From positions 26,912-90,911 of the forward strand of contig JAKLJE010000011.1 in assembly GCA_023151315.1 (NCBI GenBank): DNA of 64,000 nt, read 5' to 3'. Shown here piece after piece: positions 38,549 to 46,821 of the stretch. Below the pieces are notes generated by a model, which saw only the letters and a list, made by a program, of their open reading frames with translations, had not been told where the DNA came from and ran no database searches. Origin of the DNA: Bacteroidia bacterium. Lineage in GTDB: Bacteria; Bacteroidota; Bacteroidia; Palsa-965. The first letter of the stretch is position 1, and every line of letters begins with the position of its first letter. A program made the position numbers and the translations under genes.

Positions 38549-39235
38549 ATGAAATTTGATTTAAAGAACTATTATTTCAACAATAGCTCGTTTCTGGAAA
38601 CACTAACGGCCAAAACCAGAACTTCACTTTCCCAGGCAACGTCCGAGAAGAAATTCAAAGCCGGAAAGGTTATCTATCGTGAAGGAAAAACTCCACGCGG
38701 AGTATATTTCATCAAAAAGGGGAAGGTTAAAATCTTTCAATCCAATCAGGATGGTCGGAAGCAAATCATGTATATCTACACGCCGGGAGACATTTTCGGC
38801 TACAGACCCATTATAAGCGAATCCGTTCATCCGGTTACAGCAGCCACGTTGGAAGATTGCATATTCGGATTTATTTCTGCACAAAACTTCAAGAAGATCA
38901 TGTCTTCAAATCCCGAACTGACCAAGGCTCTGCTGGTTTCACTAAGCCATGAATTCACGGTGTGGGTAAATAATGTTTCAGTGTTCGCCCGCTATCCTGT
39001 TAAGTCGAGGGTAGCTCTTGCCTTACTTATTTTGCGTGAAAAGTACAGAGAGAAAGGGCGCTATGTGGATATTAATCTTTCACGAACAGATCTCGCGAGC
39101 TACGTTGGTTCGGTAAAGGAAACTGTAGTGAGGACGTTGCAGGATTTCAGAAATGCAAACCTGATTTTGACAACAGGACGTAAGATCAAGATTCTCAAAC
39201 CTGATGTCCTGACAGGAATCGCAAATTTCTACTAA
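38549..39235 (+). CDS. Crp/Fnr family transcriptional regulator
   Basis: cNMP-binding beta-roll (KAGKVIYREGKTPRGVYFIKKGKVKIF ... GDIFGY) and C-terminal HTH (LSRTDLASYVGSVKETVVRTLQDF). Confidence 0.85.
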   Translation: MKFDLKNYYFNNSSFLETLTAKTRTSLSQATSEKKFKAGKVIYREGKTPRGVYFIKKGKVKIFQSNQDGRKQIMYIYTPGDIFGYRPIISESVHPVTAATLEDCIFGFISAQNFKKIMSSNPELTKALLVSLSHEFTVWVNNVSVFARYPVKSRVALALLILREKYREKGRYVDINLSRTDLASYVGSVKETVVRTLQDFRNANLILTTGRKIKILKPDVLTGIANFY

Positions 39236-39576
39236 TGTCCTTTCATCGTGTACGCCCAACCGTATATAGACAGAATCATGAACAGGTAGTAACCTACAAA
39301 GCTGGAGATGAAGAAATGTGCAAGTAGGATAACTCCCGGAATGGTACTCTTTCTTGCAAATCGTTTTAGTGACAATATCAGCACAATGATGGTGTGCGTC
39401 CAGCACAAGGGAAGCGAAATCAGATTAACGAGGAAATCCGTTCGCGTGGCGGAACCGTCGGAATAGTGAGTTTTCACCAGCAGAATCACTACCACGAACG
39501 CGATTGTGAAAATAAAATGCACGAGCCAGCTACGGATTAAAAACTGTGAAAGAGTAGGTGAAGTTTCAATTCCCAT
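39232..39576 (-). CDS. hypothetical integral membrane protein
   Basis: 114 aa with 4 hydrophobic helices. The stop overlaps the convergent crp-like stop by 4 nt. Confidence 0.5.
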   Translation of the reverse strand: MGIETSPTLSQFLIRSWLVHFIFTIAFVVVILLVKTHYSDGSATRTDFLVNLISLPLCWTHTIIVLILSLKRFARKSTIPGVILLAHFFISSFVGYYLFMILSIYGWAYTMKGH

Positions 39577-39721
39577 GAAGGAAAGATAGGGAAATGTGCG
39601 GAAAGAACAGCTACATTTTATTCAGGTAATCGGAGACAACAGAAGGCTTTATCGACTTAGAATTGTTCATTTGAAATGTCAGCTTTTCAAAAGGCGAAAA
39701 CGTTAGGTCTGATTACAAATC

Positions 39722-39751
39722 AAAACGGGAGACGTTAAAGTCTCCCGTTTT
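39722..39751 (-). terminator. rho-independent terminator downstream of the 39771-41717 gene
   Basis: AAAACGGGAGAC-GTTAAA-GTCTCCCGTTTT, a 12-bp stem with A/T runs on both sides. Confidence 0.7.
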
Positions 39752-39770
39752 TAAGTATGCGCTGCAAATT

Positions 39771-41717
39771 CTATTGCACACTGAATTTGCCGTTAAGTGT
39801 TTCACCGTTCTGCAGATCTATGGTATAAACATACATACCACCTGCAAACTCATTATTATTCAGAACCAACTTACCTTCTCCGTCTTTCACATCTACGTCA
39901 GAAGTACGAATCATTCTTCCCGTTAAATCAAAAATACTTACGAAAGCGACGCCTGTGAAATTTTGTGCATGAATAAGCAAGGTTCCATCTTCTCCGATAG
40001 GATTTGGATATACAAGCGAGAATAGTGCTCCACCAATTGATGTTCCTAAGTTCATATGAATATAAGCATATGGTGAAGAAGTATTGGAACAACCATTAGC
40101 ATCACTAATTACAACAGTGTACATACCTGATTGATTCGGGAGATACCATTGGCCGGTTGCACCGGGAATAATGTTTCCGTTGAGATACCATTGATAACTG
40201 ACTGCAGTCGTGGAGACTAATGTATCGCCGTTTTGAGTTATCAACGGAACAGCAGGTACCGGATTCACAACAGAAATTACTTGGGCTGAAGTATCTAAAC
40301 ACCCTGCGGCATCCTGTACAATTACAGACATTGTATCTGAAGTATACAACCAGATTGTCTGGGTAGTGGCACCGTTACTCCATTGGTATGTTGAGAACCC
40401 TGCTCCTGCATCCAGCAGAACTGAATCGCCTGCGCACAGTGTAATCGGTGAAGCTGGCGTAATAACAGCTTGCGGATTGTTTACCGTTACAGAAATGATC
40501 TGTGATGTGGCGGGACAACCGTTGCCATCCAATGCAGTAACCACATAGTTTCCTGATTGCGTTACCCACAAGAAATTGGAGTTGTTGCCGATCGCGTTCC
40601 CGTTTCTTCTCCAGTAATAATTCGCGAACGAACCGCTTGCCTGCAATTGTACGCTATCGCCAATGCAGAACGTGGTTGGACCTTGAGCAGTGGCAGTCAC
40701 CGTTGGATTAGTAATACATGAATCGAGATAAACTACGGTTCTGAAAACCGGACTCCAGATTCCATTGGCACCAACCGCACGAACATTCAGAACGTGTAAT
40801 CCTTGAGAGAGGAAAAAAGCTTGTTCGGATTTGATCACTGCCTCGTAAGCCTGATTGTAGTTCCCGTCAAATGCAAGCATTGGTGTTGCATTGCCCTGAC
40901 CCGGATCAGTATCCCAGAATAATTCGGCTGCTGTTACCTTTATGTTCGGCATGACGTAAGGAGTCTGAATATCCACAATGGTTCGAAATACAGGTCCCCA
41001 GTTATTAGCAGCGTCCTTCATTCGTACATTAAGAACGTGAATACCCAAGCCCGGTGTTCCGAACGATGATCCGAGCAATGTTTCCATTGCGCTATTGAAA
41101 TTTCCGTCAAACGCAAGCATTGGTGTACCGTTTCCTGCACCTGGATCACTATCCCAGAAACACTCTGCGGCAGAAACGTTCATCGTGGGAATTACGTAGG
41201 GCGACTGTACGTCTACAATCGTTTTAAACACAGGTCCCCAGTTACTGTTAGCATCGCGTACACGTACGTGTAAAACGTGCATACCCAATGAAGGTGCCGC
41301 AGTGCTTCGGGTTACAGTTTCAAAAGCGTTGTTAAAGTTCCCATCAAATGCCAGCATGGCGGTTCCGTTTCCGACTCCGGGATCAGTGTCCCAGAATATT
41401 TCTCCGGTGGCAATATTGATGGTTGGCATCACATAGGGAGTTTGCACATTAATAACTGTCCTGAAAACAGGTCCCCAGTGATTGGTGTTGTCTTTTACGC
41501 GTATTCCAATGGTGTGAAATCCAAGCGTAAGACCGGAAACGTTTGATGCAATTGCTTTCTCCAGCGCATCATTGAAGTTTCCATCGTACGCAACCATCGG
41601 CGTGGCAAGACCAACACCCGGATCGGTATCGATGTAATATTCGGCGTGCTGTACATTCTGTGCAAATGAGAATATACTGCTCAGCGCGAACGCGAGTATG
41701 TAAATGAATCGTTTCAT
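39771..41717 (-). CDS. T9SS cargo protein with four ~80-aa N-terminal repeats and Ig-like domains
   Basis: Signal peptide. Repeats starting AEYYIDTDPGVG, GEIFWDTDPGVG, AECFWDSDPGAG and AELFWDTDPGQG, each ending WGPVF[RK]T[IV]. Cys-containing Ig-like modules. C-terminal LVYPNPIGEDGTLLIHA ... GMYVYTIDL. Confidence 0.65.
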   Translation of the reverse strand: MKRFIYILAFALSSIFSFAQNVQHAEYYIDTDPGVGLATPMVAYDGNFNDALEKAIASNVSGLTLGFHTIGIRVKDNTNHWGPVFRTVINVQTPYVMPTINIATGEIFWDTDPGVGNGTAMLAFDGNFNNAFETVTRSTAAPSLGMHVLHVRVRDANSNWGPVFKTIVDVQSPYVIPTMNVSAAECFWDSDPGAGNGTPMLAFDGNFNSAMETLLGSSFGTPGLGIHVLNVRMKDAANNWGPVFRTIVDIQTPYVMPNIKVTAAELFWDTDPGQGNATPMLAFDGNYNQAYEAVIKSEQAFFLSQGLHVLNVRAVGANGIWSPVFRTVVYLDSCITNPTVTATAQGPTTFCIGDSVQLQASGSFANYYWRRNGNAIGNNSNFLWVTQSGNYVVTALDGNGCPATSQIISVTVNNPQAVITPASPITLCAGDSVLLDAGAGFSTYQWSNGATTQTIWLYTSDTMSVIVQDAAGCLDTSAQVISVVNPVPAVPLITQNGDTLVSTTAVSYQWYLNGNIIPGATGQWYLPNQSGMYTVVISDANGCSNTSSPYAYIHMNLGTSIGGALFSLVYPNPIGEDGTLLIHAQNFTGVAFVSIFDLTGRMIRTSDVDVKDGEGKLVLNNNEFAGGMYVYTIDLQNGETLNGKFSVQ

Positions 41718-41737
41718 ATCAGAACGAATGTTACAGA

Positions 41738-42979
41738 CTAACGGTCGAAAGAATCAGCCTTGATATTGATCGTACCGGAAACGTTCACGCGGCGCGGAGC
41801 GTTGACGTAAAACACACGTGTACTTCCGGTAATAGGAAAGAAATTATCCTGTGAAAATGAACCTCCGTACGCACCTGCATCATTCACGCTGAGATCCAGG
41901 TCATAGTAAGAGAAATCCGGGCTGCCGCCATTGATTGCATCCGAACCGACTTGCGGGCGACCGGCACCATCAAGTGTTGAATTGGAATTGATCACATTGC
42001 AAGCACATACATCAATACTGGAAGTGTGAAGTGCAATGTTCGAAACATTATAACTTATCGCAATTGTTCCGTTTGCACCATAAATAGAACCGCTGGTGCA
42101 AGACGCGCCCAGAATAAGATTGTTGATAGCTTCAGTATATGAATTGCTGATCGGATTTGAGAAGTATAACCCCACATAAAGCGAAATCGGCGAGTAAATA
42201 GTGTTGTTCTGAATCAGATTCCGGGAAATAAGTGAAGGCTTAAAATCGCTCATATAAATACCACCGCCATAACCGGAATTGTTGCAAAGGACAAGGTTGT
42301 TCATGATGTGAACGAAATGCGAATTCGTGTAAGAAACAACGCCGACAGAATATGCGGTGTAGTTAAGATGCATGCGGTTACCGATGATCAGCATTGTATC
42401 ATTCGACGCTAAAGCATCTGGCCCAAGATAAACAGCTGTGTGAATTCCCGACCAGTAGAAACCACCAGTAGACATTGTAAAATCATTGCCAATCACTTTA
42501 CCATAACGGAACCCAATGGAACCCTGAATCACGGACGAAGCTAATGTAACATTGAAATAGTTGTAGTCGAAGTTCAATTGACCGATGATGTTGCATGCAA
42601 GGAATGAAACTGAACAACGGGTACCGGCAGGACTATGACCGTTAGGCGAAATGTCTCCCTGATGGTGCATACCAACAATTGTAATACTGCGTCCAATTGC
42701 AGGTGTAATCGTCATTGTGCCCTGAACATCAAACTTATCGGTATCATTCGCACAAATGATGTAAACTGATTTGTTGATATTAAGGTTCTCAACATAAGGA
42801 GCATGCCCGGCTTTGGGCTCAACAATAATTCGATCGCCGTTTGCAGCCACGCCGATTGCAGCGGTGATCGTTGAATAACAGCCGTTATTGCCGTTTTCAT
42901 TAACACAATAGTCTGTTGCTTTTACCTGCGTAACGCAAAAGGTCGCGGCCGCAAGCGCAGTAATAAGTTTGGTTTTCAT
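41738..42979 (-). CDS. secreted right-handed beta-helix-like protein
   Basis: The ATG at 42979 gives the signal peptide MKTKLITALAAATFCVTQVKA. Periodic N/G/I-rich ~22-aa turns (IIGNRMHLN, IMNNLVLCNNSGYGGGIY, LIQNNTIY, AINNLILG) are typical of pectate-lyase-like beta-helices. Confidence 0.5.
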   Translation of the reverse strand: MKTKLITALAAATFCVTQVKATDYCVNENGNNGCYSTITAAIGVAANGDRIIVEPKAGHAPYVENLNINKSVYIICANDTDKFDVQGTMTITPAIGRSITIVGMHHQGDISPNGHSPAGTRCSVSFLACNIIGQLNFDYNYFNVTLASSVIQGSIGFRYGKVIGNDFTMSTGGFYWSGIHTAVYLGPDALASNDTMLIIGNRMHLNYTAYSVGVVSYTNSHFVHIMNNLVLCNNSGYGGGIYMSDFKPSLISRNLIQNNTIYSPISLYVGLYFSNPISNSYTEAINNLILGASCTSGSIYGANGTIAISYNVSNIALHTSSIDVCACNVINSNSTLDGAGRPQVGSDAINGGSPDFSYYDLDLSVNDAGAYGGSFSQDNFFPITGSTRVFYVNAPRRVNVSGTINIKADSFDR

Positions 42980-43177
42980 TTCTGTGTGGTTTTGGAACAA
43001 ACAAAATTGTTCATTCACACAGCGCGATACAATCACCCTTTAGTAGTAATTAGCGATGTAATTCTGTGGTTGACAGAATAAACCAGAGAACAACCAAATA
43101 CGGAGTGTGCTAAATACCCTTGCTAATTGAAGTCAGTGAAAATACTGCAGCTATTTCCCACATTCCATCTTTGAACT

Positions 43178-44158
43178 CTATTTCTTTCTGACAAGAGGTT
43201 TTCTGACAACCTGATCGGTTACAATCCGCCGAAGACAACTGTCAAATAATATTGCAGTTTCTACAGTCCAGCACGCATCACCATAGTTATAGTAGGAATT
43301 AAGACCAATTTGAACCTTTCCCGATTCCATTTCTCTACTATTATATGTAGGGATGGTCCACTGGTAACCAATGTACGACGATGAGTCACGAATATCCTGT
43401 GGATGTAAGCACAAAAATCCTCCGAATACAAGTTCTGCTCCATCAAGATGTTTTTCCGTAAGTTCATTTGTAATGTTCTTCATCACAATAATATTTTCCG
43501 GAGATTGACTGATAATGGCACAATAAATATTACCGATTGCTGCAAACCCAAAATCGTCAGTACACATCGGGATTTGATCAGACTGATTGAACAACAACGT
43601 ATCCGTAACAAAGCAAATACCATGCGTTCCGTCTCTGAAAGCAGCAGTATCGCGATGTAATACAAAATAACGCTTGTTGTTATAGACAATAGTATCACCT
43701 GCAATCTGCTCTTGACGAATGCGCCAAACATCATCAGCCAAGCTTGAATGACCTGTAATCTGTAAGGTGTCGCCTTGAGTTCTATCAACAATCACGTAAT
43801 GTTGTTTCATTCCTGAGACAACTCCATTGCATTCTGAAAAAAATATCTGCCAAACCGAATGATCCTTTCCTTGAATTTCAGTAATGTTCGGCGACCCATA
43901 GTAATAACATTGTTGTCTTGAGATATCCCGGCTGATTAATTCAATGACAGAATCACGGCTTAACTTGCTGTTATACCATTTCACGCTATCTCCGTAATAC
44001 AAATTCACTTTTTCATCATTGAACTCTTCCTGAGAAATCTGATTCTGCCAACTGAGAATGAAATTGCGAATGGAAGTTGCGTGTTCCTGTCCGCCGAGTT
44101 TAATTGCGAAGCCCAGAAATAGAAAGAAAGTGATGATCCGAAAATGGCTACCCATCAC
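43178..44158 (-). CDS. hypothetical protein with N-terminal signal/anchor
   Basis: 326-aa ORF with N-terminal hydrophobic segment IITFFLFLGFAIKLGG. No motif recognised. Confidence 0.5.
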   Translation of the reverse strand: MMGSHFRIITFFLFLGFAIKLGGQEHATSIRNFILSWQNQISQEEFNDEKVNLYYGDSVKWYNSKLSRDSVIELISRDISRQQCYYYGSPNITEIQGKDHSVWQIFFSECNGVVSGMKQHYVIVDRTQGDTLQITGHSSLADDVWRIRQEQIAGDTIVYNNKRYFVLHRDTAAFRDGTHGICFVTDTLLFNQSDQIPMCTDDFGFAAIGNIYCAIISQSPENIIVMKNITNELTEKHLDGAELVFGGFLCLHPQDIRDSSSYIGYQWTIPTYNSREMESGKVQIGLNSYYNYGDACWTVETAILFDSCLRRIVTDQVVRKPLVRKK

Positions 44159-44221
44159 AACAAGTTATGAAATTGCATCAGCATTTGGATGTTCTGAGCG
44201 TGAATTTCGTCTCGTCCTAAT

Positions 44222-44556
44222 GGTGACGGTTCGGGATTACCTGGGTTGATCCTGTTTGGGAGTCCAGCAAACAAAATGCCTTGATACGGGTTGGATGATC
44301 TGCGATGATCCCGCATTCACCCAAAGTCAAAATCAAATGTGCCCTTAGGGTGGTGGGATTAACTGCGTTGATCCTGTTTGGGAGTCCAGCAAACAAAATG
44401 CCTTGATACAGGTTGGATGATCTGCGATGATCCCGCATTCACCCAAAGTCAAAATCAAATGTGACCTTCGGGTTGGGGATTAACTGCGTTGATCCTGTTT
44501 GGGAGTCCAGCAAACAAAATGCCTTGATACAGGTTGGATTATCTGCGATGATCCTT
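44222..44556. repeat. tandem repeat, ~121-122-bp unit, about 2.7 copies, non-coding
   Basis: The anchor GTTGATCCTGTTTGGGAGTCCAGCAAACAAAATGCCTTGATAC occurs at 44245, 44367 and 44488. The ~95-bp core is nearly identical between copies, the ~25-bp linker is variable, and the third copy ends near 44556. Confidence 0.95.
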
Positions 44557-44650
44557 TTGGTGTGTCCTGCAAAACCCAAACACCCCGTCCGCTCTGCGTC
44601 CGTCGGCATTTTATTTTTTACGCTTCACTGCAAGCTCGCTTGCGTGCCGC

Positions 44651-44686
44651 ACAAAAAATAAAACGCCTCGGCAAAGCCGGGCGTTT
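44651..44686 (-). terminator. rho-independent terminator of tRNA-Ser
   Basis: On the minus strand: AAACGCC-CGGC-TTT-GCCG-A-GGCGTTT hairpin followed by TATTTTTTGTG, 8 nt after the tRNA 3' end. Confidence 0.7.
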
Positions 44687-44693
44687 GAATTTG

Positions 44694-44782
44694 CGGTGAG
44701 GGAGGGATTCGAACCCTCGGTACGGTTTGACCCGTACGACAGTTTAGCAAACTGTTGGTTTCGGCCTCTCACCCACCTCACC
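44694..44782 (-). tRNA. tRNA-Ser (anticodon GCT)
   Basis: Hand-folded: acceptor GGTGAGG/CCTCACC, anticodon arm ACAGT-TTGCTAA-ACTGT (anticodon GCT), long variable arm GTACGG-GTCAAA-CCGTAC, T arm GAGGG-TTCGAAT-CCCTC, discriminator G. CCA is not encoded. Confidence 0.9.
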
Positions 44783-44802
44783 TGGGAACCGAATACGGGC
44801 TG

Positions 44803-44810
44803 CAAATTTA
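44803..44810 (-). promoter_or_regulatory. candidate -7 promoter box for tRNA-Ser
   Basis: The minus strand reads TAAATTTG, 21 nt upstream of the tRNA 5' end. Motif match only. Confidence 0.35.
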
Positions 44811-44900
44811 TAAATTCTTTTAACTAATGCGCCGAATTTGAAACGTTTTTTTGGCGTCTGTATTCTGACACATTTCAGATTGTTTATGTGTCAGGGGTGT

Positions 44901-44908
44901 TATATTTG
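44901..44908 (+). promoter_or_regulatory. candidate -7 promoter box (TAnnTTTG)
   Basis: TATATTTG lies 15 nt upstream of the ATG at 44923 (21 nt upstream of the ATG at 44929). Confidence 0.35.
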
Positions 44909-44922
44909 CGAATCATCTGCCC

Positions 44923-46806
44923 ATGACTATGAAAAATCAATTCGCAACAGGTCTGTTTGCTCTCTCTATTGCTGCTGGTCTGATTTCCTGTTCCGATACT
45001 CCCGAAGGAAAATTCTCCGACGGTAAAACTTCCGGATCCGACAGTTCTTCTAACGATGTGAGATACATCCTGAATAAGAAAGCGGACAAATGGCAGGATG
45101 ATTGGTCCAAGGAAAACGTGGTTGTTTATCATTGGCGCGCAGAACCGGATAACCTTCATCCCACAAACGGAGCTTCCAATCCGCGCCGTATGATTCAGGA
45201 TTACACGCAGCGTTTCCTTCTGAATATCGACTTCCAGACATTGGAGTTACGTCCTGATCTGATTACGAAAATGCCTGAAGTTTCCGAAGATGGATTGGTG
45301 TACACCTACGATCTGAGAAATGACGTTACCTGGGACGATGGTTCTCCGCTTACCGTTGATGATGTGATCTTCACGATGAAGGCACAGACATGTCCGCAAA
45401 CCAACAACCCGCAGTACAAAGCGCTTTTTGAATTCACGAAAACGATTGAGAAAGATCCCGCGGTACCGAATCGATTCAAAGTTATTTTCAATAAACGATT
45501 TGTGTACAACGTTGCCATGTTCGGTGATATCGCAATCATGCAGGAGAAGTATCATGATAAAGAAGGAGTGCTGAAGAAATACAGCATTGATCAATTCCTC
45601 GATCCGGAATTCTCCAAAACCCAGCATGCTGATCTGGAAGCATGGGGCAAAGAATTCAACGATCCGAAATACGGGCGCGATATCAATTTCCTAAATGGAC
45701 TGGGACCATACAAAGTAACCGCATGGGAAGATAAATCCCGATTGGAATTGACACGCAAAACAGGTCATTGGACACAGAAATTGGCAAGCCCGGGTTACTA
45801 TGATGCTGCGTATCCGGAGAAAATCATTTGCCGTGTGATTACCGACGAGAATGCAATCGCTCTCGAACTGAAAAATCAGACGATTGACGTATCAAGTTGG
45901 ATTTCCACGCATGGTTTATTTGAATTGCAGAAGGATTCCTCCTTCAACCGCAATTTCCACTCCGCGTTCGTGTACAATTTCGACTGGCAATACATGGGCT
46001 TTAACATGAAACCGGAATCGGTGAACCGCACCCCTTTCTTCACCGACAAGAAAGTACGCAGAGCAATTGCTCATCTTGTTCCATGCGATGAAATGAATCA
46101 AACTTATCTCGACGGACAAGCAGTGCGCATGTCAAGCGCTGTAACGCCTACACGTAAAGATGTTTTTGATCCGAATCTGAAACCGCTTGAATACGACATC
46201 GAGAAGGCGAAGAAGCTGCTTGATGAAGCCGGATGGAAAGACACCGACGGCGACAACATTCGCGATAAAATGATCAATGGCAAAAAAGTACAATTCGAAT
46301 TCGAGCTTATGATCATGACAGGCAATGTTGCGGGCGCTAACATGGCGAAAGACATTAAAGAGTCGCTCTACAAGGCCGGAGTTGTTGCAAACATCCGCAG
46401 CCTGGAATTCGTTACTTTCTATCAGCAGCTTCCGATGCACGAGTTCGATATGTATTTTGGTGCATGGTCAGGCAGTGCTTTCCCTGAAGATTATAAGCAG
46501 ATCTGGCATTCAGAACAATGGGCAAACGGCGGATCCAATTACGTTGGATTCGGAACTCCGGAAACCGACAAGCTCGTGGATTCTATCCGTGTTCAGATCG
46601 TTGACAGTTTACGAAATCCAATGGAGCGCAAGTTGATGTCTATCATATACGATGAACAACCTTACGTTTTTCTTTTCATGGTTCCGCGCAAAGTTGCGAT
46701 TCACAAACGCTTCGATAACGCCAACATGTATTGGGAAAAGCCGGGTGTTTTCCTTCCTGCATTGAGAATGTGGGCTCCGGGTGCTGTTGTTACTACAACT
46801 AATTAA
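44923..46806 (+). CDS. ABC transporter substrate-binding lipoprotein, peptide/nickel (family 5, OppA/DppA-like)
   Basis: Lipobox LISCSD. Size (~620 aa) and blocks such as WHPTNGAS ..., DGSPLTVDDVIFT and RRAIAHLV fit cluster-C SBPs. Immediately followed by two DppB/DppC-type permeases. Confidence 0.75.
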   Translation: MTMKNQFATGLFALSIAAGLISCSDTPEGKFSDGKTSGSDSSSNDVRYILNKKADKWQDDWSKENVVVYHWRAEPDNLHPTNGASNPRRMIQDYTQRFLLNIDFQTLELRPDLITKMPEVSEDGLVYTYDLRNDVTWDDGSPLTVDDVIFTMKAQTCPQTNNPQYKALFEFTKTIEKDPAVPNRFKVIFNKRFVYNVAMFGDIAIMQEKYHDKEGVLKKYSIDQFLDPEFSKTQHADLEAWGKEFNDPKYGRDINFLNGLGPYKVTAWEDKSRLELTRKTGHWTQKLASPGYYDAAYPEKIICRVITDENAIALELKNQTIDVSSWISTHGLFELQKDSSFNRNFHSAFVYNFDWQYMGFNMKPESVNRTPFFTDKKVRRAIAHLVPCDEMNQTYLDGQAVRMSSAVTPTRKDVFDPNLKPLEYDIEKAKKLLDEAGWKDTDGDNIRDKMINGKKVQFEFELMIMTGNVAGANMAKDIKESLYKAGVVANIRSLEFVTFYQQLPMHEFDMYFGAWSGSAFPEDYKQIWHSEQWANGGSNYVGFGTPETDKLVDSIRVQIVDSLRNPMERKLMSIIYDEQPYVFLFMVPRKVAIHKRFDNANMYWEKPGVFLPALRMWAPGAVVTTTN

Positions 46807-46821
46807 TCTCGACTTTCAGGA

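Noticed and set aside
44222-44556. Possible CRISPR array
   Set aside because: The units are directly abutting ~121-bp repeats with no unique spacers of constant length, and there are no cas genes in the window.
44217-44699. ORFs of 63-73 aa inside the 121-bp tandem repeat and terminator region (44217-44438 minus, 44461-44661 plus, 44499-44699 plus)
   Set aside because: The repeat period is not a multiple of 3, so successive units are read in different frames. The third copy breaks the ORF. No signal or motif is present. Treated as non-coding.
44159-44922. Integrative element inserted at tRNA-Ser
   Set aside because: No integrase, excisionase or other mobile-element gene flanks the tRNA. I found no exact duplication of the tRNA 3' end. 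Only a weak GGGATTAAC resemblance to the T-arm is present in the repeat units, which I noted as a caveat in the finding.
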